Shown here: positions 1-8,610 of the stretch, in pieces
How the letters are laid out: every line of letters begins with the position of its first letter
Position numbering within the stretch: the stretch's first letter is position 1
Assembly: GCA_049322315.1 (NCBI GenBank)
Contig: JBMORF010000082.1
Coordinates: forward strand, 128,141-192,140
DNA: 64,000 nucleotides
From: Thermodesulfobacteriota bacterium
GTDB taxonomy: Bacteria > Desulfobacterota > Desulfobaccia > Desulfobaccales > 0-14-0-80-60-11
Direction of reading: 5' to 3'
Translations under genes and position numbers: made by a program
The notes under the pieces: generated by a model
Told to the model about the DNA's origin: nothing
Seen by the model: only the letters and a program-made list of their open reading frames with translations
The model's database searches: none

Positions 1-1278
1 GGACCGCCGCCCGGAACCCCGGCGCAGCTTCCGGTCCTTGTCCCGGCTGAAGCGTTTGACCTTAAAAGTGGCGCCCACCTCGAAAATTTGCCCGGCCACC
101 TCCTGGTCCCAGGTATCCCCTTCGGACTCCCGGTCCGGGGGGGAAGGCGGAGGGAGAGGCGGCATAACTTCTTCCGGCGGCTGGTTTTCCTGTTGCTCCG
201 CGTCCTCTCCCGGGTTATCCTCCGGTGACTCCTCCTGATTCGCCTCATTATCCGGTGGCGGCGGCGGTGGGGGCGGGGGAGGCGGCGGCATCGTCTCCCG
301 GCGGCGGTGCAGCAGGGCCATGGCGGCCACCTCTTTGATCTCCTCGATACCCGCCTCGGATTTGGCGCGATAGGCGGCCAGGGCTACCGCGGCCCGCTCG
401 ATGATAAGATCCGCCCGGTGGCCGGCGACATTATGGCTCAGGCACAACTCCGAGATCAGGGAGCGCAGGTGCTTGGGAAAGCGCACGGCGGGCAGATTCT
501 CCTGGGCCTGGGCAATCTGGCGGGCGATTATCTCATTGTCCGCCTGATAGGCGGCGATAAAATCCTCGGGCTGATTGTCAAAATCCTCCCGTCTTTCCAT
601 GAGTTCCACCCGGGACTCGAGGTCCGCGCCGCCGTTAATCTCTACGCACAGGCCAAAACGGTCCAAAAGCTGGGGCCGCAAATCGCCTTCCTCAGGATTC
701 ATGGTACCCACCAGAATCAGGCGGGCCGGATGCTGAAAGGAAATCCCTTCCCGCTCCACCACATTCACCCCGCTGGCCGCGGCATCCAGGATGATATCCA
801 CCAGATGATCGTCCAACAGGTTGACTTCATCCACATAGAGAATGCCGCGATTGGCCTTGGCCAGGAGACCGGGCTGAAACCGCCTTACTCCTTCCTGGAC
901 CGCGGCTTCAAAGTCAATGCCGCCCAGAACCATATCTTCCGTGGCATTGAGGGGCAGATCGACGAATCTCACCCGGGAGGTGGCGCCGCCGTTTCGGGGC
1001 GGCCGCCGGCGGCAGTCCCGGCAATAATCCTCGGGAGCCGCCGGGTCGCACCGGAAAGGACAATCGGCCACGATCTTGATCTCGGGCAATAAAGCCGCCA
1101 GGGCCCGGACCGCGGTGGACTTGGCCGTGCCTTTTTCCCCCCGGATCAAGACGCCCCCCACCCGGGGATCAATGGCATTCAGGATCAGGGCCAGCTTCAT
1201 CCGCTCCTGCCCCACAATGGCGGCAAAAGGATAGACCCGGTATCCGCCGGCCGCGCTGCTTGCCTTAGGATCACCCAC
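1..1278 (-). CDS. Class-I (Co/Mg) chelatase ATPase subunit: ChlI/BchI-like AAA+ domain, Pro-rich acidic linker and the start of a ChlD/BchD-like region. Partial; the 3' end runs off the window.
   Basis: Own minus-strand translation from GTG 1278: MGDPKASSAAGGYRVYPFAAIVGQERMKLALILNAIDPRVGGVLIRGEKGTAKST (Walker A), ILYVDEVNLLDDH (Walker B), LVGTMNPEEGDLRPQLLDRFG, then a PPPPPPPPPPPPDNE...EE linker typical of D subunits. It is absent from the ORF track because there is no stop in the window. Track ORF 307..1092(+) is its antisense shadow. Confidence 0.85.
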   Translation of the reverse strand, partial: MGDPKASSAAGGYRVYPFAAIVGQERMKLALILNAIDPRVGGVLIRGEKGTAKSTAVRALAALLPEIKIVADCPFRCDPAAPEDYCRDCRRRPPRNGGATSRVRFVDLPLNATEDMVLGGIDFEAAVQEGVRRFQPGLLAKANRGILYVDEVNLLDDHLVDIILDAAASGVNVVEREGISFQHPARLILVGTMNPEEGDLRPQLLDRFGLCVEINGGADLESRVELMERREDFDNQPEDFIAAYQADNEIIARQIAQAQENLPAVRFPKHLRSLISELCLSHNVAGHRADLIIERAAVALAAYRAKSEAGIEEIKEVAAMALLHRRRETMPPPPPPPPPPPPDNEANQEESPEDNPGEDAEQQENQPPEEVMPPLPPPSPPDRESEGDTWDQEVAGQIFEVGATFKVKRFSRDKDRKLRRGSGRRS

Positions 1279-1341
1279 AATTCACCCCTGGGACCCAGGC
1301 CCCCGTTGGCTGTTTGGAGAAGGTGGCGTCATGGCCGGAGA

Positions 1342-4300
1342 TCAACTCATAACCTCCTCAATCTCTCCCTCAATATCCAGATAGGCCTCCCGGAGCTTAT
1401 CCGTCATCTCCTGGGAGGCGTTCCACATACCCCGGTTAATCGCCTCCAGGAGCTTGTCCAGGATGTTTTGCAGGGCATAAGGATTCACCTCTTTCAGCCA
1501 CTTTTGCATTTCGGGGTCGAGGGCGTATTTATCGGCGAACCGTTCGTACATGAAGTCGTCGACGACTTCCGCGGTGGCGTCCCAACCTAAAACCACGTCC
1601 ATCATTTTGGATAAATCCCCGGCGCCTTTATAGCCGTGGCGCTTCAACCCCTCGATCCATTTGGGATTGAGCAGCCGGGAGCGAAAAACATGCTTGGCCT
1701 CTTCGAAGGTGGTGCGCATCTTGACCCGCTTGGGATCACTGGCGTCCCCCATCAGGGCGAAGGGCAGCTCTCCCCGGACCGCCTTCACCGCCACGATCAA
1801 GCCGCCGTAATAATTGTAATAATCGGTGCAGGAGAACATGTCGTACTCCCGGGAATCTTCATTTTTCACGGTCACGTCCATGCGGGACAGCAGGCGGCGG
1901 AAAGTCTCCGGCTTCTGCTTGCCGTAACTCTCCTGGCCGTAGGCATGGGAGGAATAGCGGATATAATTGTTGGCCAGGTCTTCTTGGGTTTGCCAGGCCT
2001 TGGCCTCGATCAATTCGGCCACGCCGGCCCCGTAGGTCCCCGGCGGACAGCCGAAGACCCGGAAAGTCGCCTCCCGGAAGGCCTCCTCGGAACTCCTGCC
2101 ATCCCGAAGATATTCTTCAATATCCTGCAATACATGCCGCCGGATCATGTTGGTCTCCAAGGGATCATCGAAGACCGCCAGCAGTTGCACCGCCTTATCG
2201 ATTAGCTCCACCAGGTTGGGGAAAGAATCCCGGAAAAACCCGGAAATTCGCGGCACTACATCGATGCGCGGCCGCCCCAATTCGGATTGGGGAATGATTT
2301 CCACCCCCCGCACATTGCCGCTACCCGGCTGCCAAACCGGCTTGACGCCCATCAGGTAGAGAATTTCCGCCAGATCGTCCCCCTTGGAGCGCATGGTGGG
2401 GCCACCCCAGAGTATGATGCCCACACTCTCGGGATACTTGCCGGTATCGTTCAAATAACGCTCCAACAAGGCGTCCCCCAGGCGCTGGCCCACCTCCCAG
2501 GCAGCGGGGCTGGGAATCTTCTGGGGGTCCACGGAGTAAAAATTCTTGCCGGTGGGAAGAATATCGGCCTGTCCCCGGGTGGGGGCCCCGGACGGCCCCG
2601 GCTCCACAAAGCCGCCCTCCAGGGCGTTTAAGGCCGCGTCGATTTCTTCAGTGGCCCGGCGGATATTGGGCACCAATTTCTGGCAGATGTAGTCCAACAC
2701 CGCGGCGACACCGGCGTGGGGTTGGCCGAGCGCCGCGGCGATCATCTCCTGATGGTCGGCCTGGTAATCATTCTCCGCCAACCGGCGCGCCAATTCCAGG
2801 GCCTGCTCATGGGCCTGGCGAATCAACTGTCCCCCGGTTTTCCCCTGGAAGCCGGGCAGAACCTTGCCCTTATTCTCCACCAGAACATCATAATCAAACC
2901 CCAGGGCCGCCACGATGGATTCCCGCAAGGAAGGCACGTCGCCATTGGCCAACCGGGTGAGCTGCACCACAAACTCTTCCAGGCGTTTGCCTGCCGGATA
3001 AGTGCCCAGGGTGTGCAAGCCATCGCTGATCATGGTGTCGGCGACGTCCTCCAGGTAGGCGTGCAACTTTTGCAGAAAACCATCGAAATCCTGCATGGCC
3101 TCGGCTTCGGAAATTTCCAGGTCCTTGTCCAGGTCCGCCTGGGTCACCGCCTCCCAGATCATGGGGCGGATGAGGGCCAGCTTGCCGGGATCTTCCCGCT
3201 TGGCGTCATCGTAATCCCGGAGATGATTCTCCACCTTGGCCAGGTCTTCGTATAAATCGGCGTTGGTAAAAGCCGGAGTCAGGTGATCGATGATGCAGCA
3301 GTAACTGCGCCGCTTGGCCTGGGTGCCTTCGCTGGGATCATTGATGATATAGGGATAGACGTTGGGCAGGTCCATGATGGCCAGGTCGGGGTAACACTCT
3401 TCCGAGAGTCCCAGGGCCTTGCCCGGCAGCCATTCCAGGGAGCCGTGCTTGCCCACGTGAATCACCGCGTCGGCCTTAAAGACGTGCTTCAGCCAGCGGT
3501 ATTTCATCAGGTAATGATGGGGCGGCGAGAGATACAGATCGTGGATAATGGCGTCGGCGTTCTCCAAATAGCCCCGGGGCGGCTGCATGGTGATGAAGAC
3601 GTTGCCGTTAGTAAAACCCGCGAAGTTTAACTCGCCGTTATGCACAAACAGGTCTCCCGGCGGCGGACCCCAGTCTCCGGTCATCTTGGTCCGGGTGGCC
3701 TCCGGCAGGGCTGCATGCCAGGGCAGGTAGTCGTCCGGTCCGGCTTTGGCCAAGGCCCGGTCCGCCATTTTTTCCGGCGTCAGCCAACGCCGGTCGTAGG
3801 TCATCTGCGCCAGCACTTCCTCGGCCATGGCGTCGCCGCTGTCATAAAAGCGTTCCACCCGGTAGCCCCGGTCCGCCATCCTCTCCAACAGCAGCTTGAC
3901 GCTGGCGAAGCTGTCCAACCCCGCGGCGCAGCCGATGCGGTCGTTGCGAGGCGGATAATGATGATAGATAATACCAATCCTCTTCTCCGCGTTCGGTTTC
4001 CGGCGGAGTCTGGCCCAATTGAGAGACAGCGACACCAGCCGCTCCACCCGGTCGGGGATGGGAACCTGCTTGGCCAGCAGCGCGCCGGTAATGGGGTCGT
4101 GTTGTTCTTCTTCCCGGGTGGCCACCGGCACGTTGATCAGCGCGCCGTCGAACTCCGGCTGGGCGGCGCAAAAGGAGACCTCCATGGTGGACATCCCCTG
4201 CCAGCTTTCCTGCCATTGCCGGTAAGGGGAAAAACTGGTCATCGCCTGGATGAAAGGCACGTTCAGCTTGGGCAACAGCTTTTTATACTCCTCCTTGACA

Positions 4301-5112
4301 ATGGTCAGGGAAAACATCAGGGGATTGATCAACACGTCGATACGGGGCCGGCCCTGGTCCAGGAAAAATCGGTCCACGATATAATCCGCCCCCTGGTTCC
4401 CCAGGGTTTTGTCGGGATAACGGATATGAAAGACCGGCAGGACATTGGCCCCCTGTCTTTCTATTTCCCGGATGATGGCGTCGATGTACTGCAAGTTCTG
4501 GTTAACCCAATAATTTTGGTAAAACCATAAGCCCACGGTGAGCTTCCGGGGATCGACCTTGGCGGCCAGATACTCCTCCAAATCGGGGACCGTGGCATAA
4601 TCCGGATGGTAAACGCCTTCCTGGAGGACCTTCTCCGGCAAAACCAGGGGTTCCGCCTCTCCAAAGAGAAGGTTATTGATATAAATCAGCATTTGCAGAA
4701 AATTCTGCGGGCCGCCAAAAGTCAGGTAACGGTTCAGGGTATCCCAGATGCCGTTCTCGAAGCCGTCGGCATATTTCTTGGCCGCGAAGAGGGCCTCTTC
4801 GTCGCCGCCTATGGGCTGCACATGAAAATGGGGGGCTTTTTCCCCGGAGGACCGCCTCTCCTCTAAAGCGGCCACCAAGGGCTCAAAGGCCGGGCAGGAG
4901 GCCTCGCCGCCGTGCAAGGTGATGATGATGATCTCCGCGGCCAGGGCCTCCTTGACAAAGGCGTTTTGCCGGGATTCGTCAAAAAGTTGGCTGCGGGTCC
5001 GGGCGGTAATTTCCAGATTGCCGCCGCTTTCCCGGAAGCGGACCACCGCCTGGCTCAAAATGGGAATTTCATTGGCAGTGGCGCTGAAGTAGGCTAAACG
5101 GTAGGGTTGCAT
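1342..5112 (-). CDS. cobN: CobN / Mg-chelatase H family large chelatase subunit (cobaltochelatase CobN-like), 1256 aa
   Basis: Track ORF 1342..5265. The likely start is ATG 5112 (MQPYRLAYFSATANE...), which overlaps the stop of the upstream radical-SAM gene. Length and sequence are typical of CobN (e.g. VGKHGSLEWLPGK, GRPRIDVVPRISGFFRD). It lies next to a ChlI/D-type ATPase gene. Confidence 0.9.
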   Translation of the reverse strand: MQPYRLAYFSATANEIPILSQAVVRFRESGGNLEITARTRSQLFDESRQNAFVKEALAAEIIIITLHGGEASCPAFEPLVAALEERRSSGEKAPHFHVQPIGGDEEALFAAKKYADGFENGIWDTLNRYLTFGGPQNFLQMLIYINNLLFGEAEPLVLPEKVLQEGVYHPDYATVPDLEEYLAAKVDPRKLTVGLWFYQNYWVNQNLQYIDAIIREIERQGANVLPVFHIRYPDKTLGNQGADYIVDRFFLDQGRPRIDVLINPLMFSLTIVKEEYKKLLPKLNVPFIQAMTSFSPYRQWQESWQGMSTMEVSFCAAQPEFDGALINVPVATREEEQHDPITGALLAKQVPIPDRVERLVSLSLNWARLRRKPNAEKRIGIIYHHYPPRNDRIGCAAGLDSFASVKLLLERMADRGYRVERFYDSGDAMAEEVLAQMTYDRRWLTPEKMADRALAKAGPDDYLPWHAALPEATRTKMTGDWGPPPGDLFVHNGELNFAGFTNGNVFITMQPPRGYLENADAIIHDLYLSPPHHYLMKYRWLKHVFKADAVIHVGKHGSLEWLPGKALGLSEECYPDLAIMDLPNVYPYIINDPSEGTQAKRRSYCCIIDHLTPAFTNADLYEDLAKVENHLRDYDDAKREDPGKLALIRPMIWEAVTQADLDKDLEISEAEAMQDFDGFLQKLHAYLEDVADTMISDGLHTLGTYPAGKRLEEFVVQLTRLANGDVPSLRESIVAALGFDYDVLVENKGKVLPGFQGKTGGQLIRQAHEQALELARRLAENDYQADHQEMIAAALGQPHAGVAAVLDYICQKLVPNIRRATEEIDAALNALEGGFVEPGPSGAPTRGQADILPTGKNFYSVDPQKIPSPAAWEVGQRLGDALLERYLNDTGKYPESVGIILWGGPTMRSKGDDLAEILYLMGVKPVWQPGSGNVRGVEIIPQSELGRPRIDVVPRISGFFRDSFPNLVELIDKAVQLLAVFDDPLETNMIRRHVLQDIEEYLRDGRSSEEAFREATFRVFGCPPGTYGAGVAELIEAKAWQTQEDLANNYIRYSSHAYGQESYGKQKPETFRRLLSRMDVTVKNEDSREYDMFSCTDYYNYYGGLIVAVKAVRGELPFALMGDASDPKRVKMRTTFEEAKHVFRSRLLNPKWIEGLKRHGYKGAGDLSKMMDVVLGWDATAEVVDDFMYERFADKYALDPEMQKWLKEVNPYALQNILDKLLEAINRGMWNASQEMTDKLREAYLDIEGEIEEVMS

Positions 5113-6173
5113 GACTGATTCTCTCCCTCGGTGATATTGGACAAGGAATGATAATGGGGGCGTTTCTGCTGCATGTAGGCCCAGATGGCCCGGTAGAGAT
5201 GGCAAGCAAGCCCTGACTGCTGGTAATCGTTGTAGAACAGACGGCTGGGGCAATCGCCGGGACAAAAATTATGGAGTGGGCATGATTCGCAGTCGGCGTC
5301 GGGTCGGCGGCGCCAGCCCCCAAGTTTCAATTTTTCCCCGGCCAGGTCCTCTACGGTGCCGGCGTAAAAACGGGAATCACCGATGGTTTGGCCACAAGGG
5401 TAAACGCTGCCGTCCGGATGCGCCGCCAGGCTTTCGCCCCGGCAGGCGTGGCAGAAATCCCGGGATTGCCGCCGGCGCCAGGCCTCTTCCAGTTTATCGA
5501 GTTCCCGCAGTTGCAGGGGGATGGGCCGCCTTTTATTGATGAGTTCCAGGGTGTGGAGAAGTTCGGAAACACCGATCTGTAAAGACTTGGCCGGGGCCGG
5601 GGCGACGCCGTTTGCCCGCGCGGCCCCTTTATCGATCAATAAATCCAGGCCGAGACCCCGGGCCTGGGAAAAGCCGCCTAAAAGCAGCGCCAATCCCTCC
5701 AGGCGGCCGACATTCTGGGCGGTCACCACCGTGGTGACCCGGAATTCAATCCTATTTTCCTCCAATTGCCGCAGGCCCGCGAAGGTCTGTGGAAACCCAC
5801 CCCTTTGCGCCTCATGCACGGCAGGCGAGCCGTCCAGACTGACGCCCACCTGAATACGGTATTGCTTGATGAGGCGGATGAGCTGAGCATCGATGCACGT
5901 GCCGTTAGTTTGCAGCCCCAGGGTAGCCGGCAAGCCCGCCCCCCGCACCCGGGCGGCGGTATAGGCGATCAAATCCGGCTTGAGCGTCGGTTCGCCGCCG
6001 CTTAACTGCACGTGAAAGGGTTGACCGGAAGCTTCGGCCAAGCTGATGGCCCGGTCGATGATTCCGGGGGACATCACGTGCGGCGCTGCCGTGGGCGGGC
6101 GATAGCAATAGCGGCACTGCAGATTGCAGTCATCCGTGAGCCACAAGATCAAATAGCGAATCGTCGGCTTCAT
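5094..6173 (-). CDS. Radical SAM enzyme with a C-terminal SPASM-type auxiliary Cys cluster region
   Basis: N-terminal CX3CX2C motif (LTDDCNLQCRYCY). C-terminal Cys-rich segment CHACRGES..YPCGQ..CESCPLHNFCPGDCPSR. First gene after the cobalamin riboswitch. Its last 19 nt overlap the cobN start. Confidence 0.85.
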   Translation of the reverse strand: MKPTIRYLILWLTDDCNLQCRYCYRPPTAAPHVMSPGIIDRAISLAEASGQPFHVQLSGGEPTLKPDLIAYTAARVRGAGLPATLGLQTNGTCIDAQLIRLIKQYRIQVGVSLDGSPAVHEAQRGGFPQTFAGLRQLEENRIEFRVTTVVTAQNVGRLEGLALLLGGFSQARGLGLDLLIDKGAARANGVAPAPAKSLQIGVSELLHTLELINKRRPIPLQLRELDKLEEAWRRRQSRDFCHACRGESLAAHPDGSVYPCGQTIGDSRFYAGTVEDLAGEKLKLGGWRRRPDADCESCPLHNFCPGDCPSRLFYNDYQQSGLACHLYRAIWAYMQQKRPHYHSLSNITEGENQSCNPTV

Positions 6174-6314
6174 CTACACACCCAATTAGCGTCTCAACAA
6201 CAGCTCAAAATCGATTGTAATCCGGGTCCTTATGCCTTACTGCCAAATGATTGAGCGCCAGATGCAAGGATTCTTTGGTCATCATCAGGTTTCCGCGGCC
6301 CAGGAATCGAGCCC

Positions 6315-6351
6315 AAAAAAAAATCCTTGAGTCCAAACGGACCCAAGGATT
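6315..6351 (-). terminator. Intrinsic terminator forming the expression platform of the cobalamin riboswitch
   Basis: Minus-strand read AATCCTTGGGTCC-GTTT-GGACTCAAGGATT: a 13-bp stem with one G-U pair, followed by nine T (plus-strand A-run 6315..6323). It lies about 140 nt upstream of the radical-SAM start. Confidence 0.85.
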
Positions 6352-6623
6352 GCACCCAGTTTCACTTGTTCCTCGGGGAGGCTGGAGAGCTTTGCCATTC
6401 CTCTCGCAGCCCAGCTTCGCCCAATCCGTCGTTGGGCATCGGCCTGATGGTTACAGGCAGGTCTTCTGGCTCCCGGATCTTTCTACTCCCTGCGCCTTCC
6501 CATCTCTTTTAAAAAAGACAGTGGCTTTCACGCAGGTTTCGTCCCCGGTTACAGCGGCGGGACCGCGCCGGTTTCACACCGGCTTCCCTATCAAGCCCCT
6601 CAGGGCACCTGTAGCTCTAATTA
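6352..6623 (-). promoter_or_regulatory. Cobalamin (B12) riboswitch aptamer
   Basis: Minus-strand read contains GGTGCCCTGAGGGGCTTGATAGGGAAGCCGGTGTGAAACCGGCGCGGTCCCGCCGCTGTAACCGGGGACGAA...GCCACTG and a B12-box-like GGGAGCCAGAAGACCTGCC (about 6455..6473). This matches the conserved cobalamin riboswitch core. It precedes a cobN operon. Confidence 0.9.
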
Positions 6624-6629
6624 AGGCAA

Positions 6630-6659
6630 ATAATATGCCCCCTCTCAGTCCGCTGTCAA
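6630..6659 (-). promoter_or_regulatory. Sigma-70-type promoter driving the riboswitch and chelatase operon
   Basis: Minus-strand TTGACA (6659..6654), an 18-nt spacer, then TATTAT (6635..6630), immediately upstream of the first riboswitch helix. Confidence 0.6.
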
Positions 6660-6837
6660 TATAATTTTTTCCCTGGCGCAGTTTTTAGGCCGGCAAGGAA
6701 AAATGAAGGAGGAGCAGGATAGCTGGAATGGCCAGGAAAAAGCAGGGAGCAACGCCCCGTCTGTTAATCAGTTAAAAATTATGCTAATCTGGGGTCGGGG
6801 TGTTTTTGCTTCACCCCTGAGATTGCCCGAGGTTTCC

Positions 6838-8577
6838 ATGAGCATTCGCACTCATTTAATCCTGGCCTTTTTAGGGATCATTCTGCTGCTGGCTTTGGGC
6901 GGCTTGTTGGTGGCCGACCGGATGGCGGAGAGATCAAAGGCGGATACCATAATCTTTGCCGAAGCCTTGGTTAAAAAAATCGAATCCGCCAATTACCGGC
7001 TGAGTAAACAGGTTTTGACCAAATATGGCGAATTTATTGTCCAGGACAAGGCCGAGATGGTGGCCAGGGAGATCTCCGACTTCCTGGCGGGCCAAAAAAC
7101 TTATGATTATGCCACACTTCGCCAGGATAACCGGCTCCGGGAAACTGCCGTTCAAAATATTTATACCCCGGAAGGCAAGGCCGGTTATACGATTCTTTAT
7201 GATAAAAATGGGGAGAACATCTTTCATCCCGATCGGCAGGTGGAGGGCCAAAATTATAAAAAATGGTCAGATACATACCCGGAAGTGTGGGAGGCCGTGA
7301 AAGCGGCAATTGCTCATAAAAGGTCCACCAGGTACCTAACCTTCTTTGATCAACAAAACCGCGAAAGGAAGCGTTTTGCCGCCACCGTGCAAATCTCCGG
7401 GACCCCATTTGTGGTGGCCGCGGTGGTTAATATCGACGAGTTTTTTTTCCCCACCCAGGAGAAAATCAAGCAGGCCAGCCAGGAAATTCTGGACCAGGCC
7501 AGAAAAACCATTGGGTCCCAAGCGGCGGCGGTGCAGCGAAAATTTGAAATAGTCGGCCTTTTCAGCCTGATAGCCTTATGTCTCCTGGGAGTATTATCCG
7601 GACTCTTCCTGGCTGACCGCCTCTCCCAACCTTTAATGAAACTGGGAGACTATGCCAAGAAATTGCCCCACCAAGACTTTTCATCTCCGCCTGATCCGGA
7701 GTCCCTGATCCCCCGGCGATACTTGAAGTATAACAATGAGGTGGGTTACCTGGCGAAGTCCCTGGATTTTATGGAAGCCGACCTGAGGGAACATATCCGG
7801 GAATTGGTCAAAACCACTGCGGCCAAGGAGAGGATCGAAAGCGAATTGCTCATCGCCCGGGAGATACAGATGAGCATCCTGCCCAAGATTTTTCCTCCCT
7901 TTCCCCACCGCCGGGATTTCGACATCTACGCCCTCATCAAGCCGGCCAAAGAAGTGGGAGGTGATTTCTATGACTTCTTTCTCCTGGATGATCAGCATTT
8001 CTGCTTCGTTATCGGCGACGTCTCCGATAAGGGGGTGCCGGCCTCCCTCTACATGGCGGTGACCAAGACCCTCATCAAAGCCATGGCCCAGCATAGATAC
8101 CTCCCGGGCGAGATTCTTACCCGGGTGAACCGCGAGCTGGTCTCGGGCAATACCACTTCCATGTTTGTCACGGTGTTTCTGGGGACCTTGGACACCCTCA
8201 GCGGTCGGGTGCTCTATGCCAACGGCGGCCACAATCCCCCTTTGATGATCCGGAACCGGGCCGGCGTGGATTTCCTGGCCCCCTTCGGGGATGCCCTGGT
8301 GGGGGGCATGGAAGGTTTATCCTATAAAACCGGAGAACTGTTCCTGGCTCCCGGTGAGGCCCTGTTCCTTTACACCGACGGGGTGACCGAGGCCAGCAAC
8401 CGGGAGGAAGAGCTATTCTCAGAAGAGCGGCTCCTGCAAAGCTTGCAGGATCTGCCTGGGGCCTCTTCCCGGGCAACGATCCAGGCGGTCAAAGCCAGGA
8501 TTGATGAGTTTGTGGCTGGGGCGCCCCAGGCGGATGATATTACCATGTTGATGATCCGTTTTCAGGGCAGGGGCTAA
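6838..8577 (+). CDS. Membrane sensor PP2C/SpoIIE-family serine phosphatase (RsbU-like): TM, periplasmic sensor domain, TM, HAMP, PP2C
   Basis: Track ORF 6703..8577. The likely start is ATG 6838 (MSIRTHLILAFLGIILLLALGG). There is a second TM segment, then a HAMP-like segment, then PP2C motifs GGDFYDF, GDVSDKGVPASLYMAVTKT, LYTDGVTEA and ADDITMLMIRF. Confidence 0.85.
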   Translation: MSIRTHLILAFLGIILLLALGGLLVADRMAERSKADTIIFAEALVKKIESANYRLSKQVLTKYGEFIVQDKAEMVAREISDFLAGQKTYDYATLRQDNRLRETAVQNIYTPEGKAGYTILYDKNGENIFHPDRQVEGQNYKKWSDTYPEVWEAVKAAIAHKRSTRYLTFFDQQNRERKRFAATVQISGTPFVVAAVVNIDEFFFPTQEKIKQASQEILDQARKTIGSQAAAVQRKFEIVGLFSLIALCLLGVLSGLFLADRLSQPLMKLGDYAKKLPHQDFSSPPDPESLIPRRYLKYNNEVGYLAKSLDFMEADLREHIRELVKTTAAKERIESELLIAREIQMSILPKIFPPFPHRRDFDIYALIKPAKEVGGDFYDFFLLDDQHFCFVIGDVSDKGVPASLYMAVTKTLIKAMAQHRYLPGEILTRVNRELVSGNTTSMFVTVFLGTLDTLSGRVLYANGGHNPPLMIRNRAGVDFLAPFGDALVGGMEGLSYKTGELFLAPGEALFLYTDGVTEASNREEELFSEERLLQSLQDLPGASSRATIQAVKARIDEFVAGAPQADDITMLMIRFQGRG

Positions 8578-8610
8578 ACGTGGGCTTTGTTAAAATCTGA
8601 GGGGGGAAAG

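Noticed and set aside
307-1092. 261-aa plus-strand ORF in the track
   Set aside because: It is an antisense shadow of the ChlI/D chelatase gene. Its composition is Gly/Arg/Pro/His-rich and low in complexity, and it has no motifs. The minus strand encodes clear AAA+ Walker motifs.
6251-6664. 137-aa and 61-aa plus-strand ORFs upstream of the radical-SAM gene
   Set aside because: They overlap the cobalamin riboswitch and its terminator on the opposite strand. The sequence is explained by conserved RNA motifs, not by coding.
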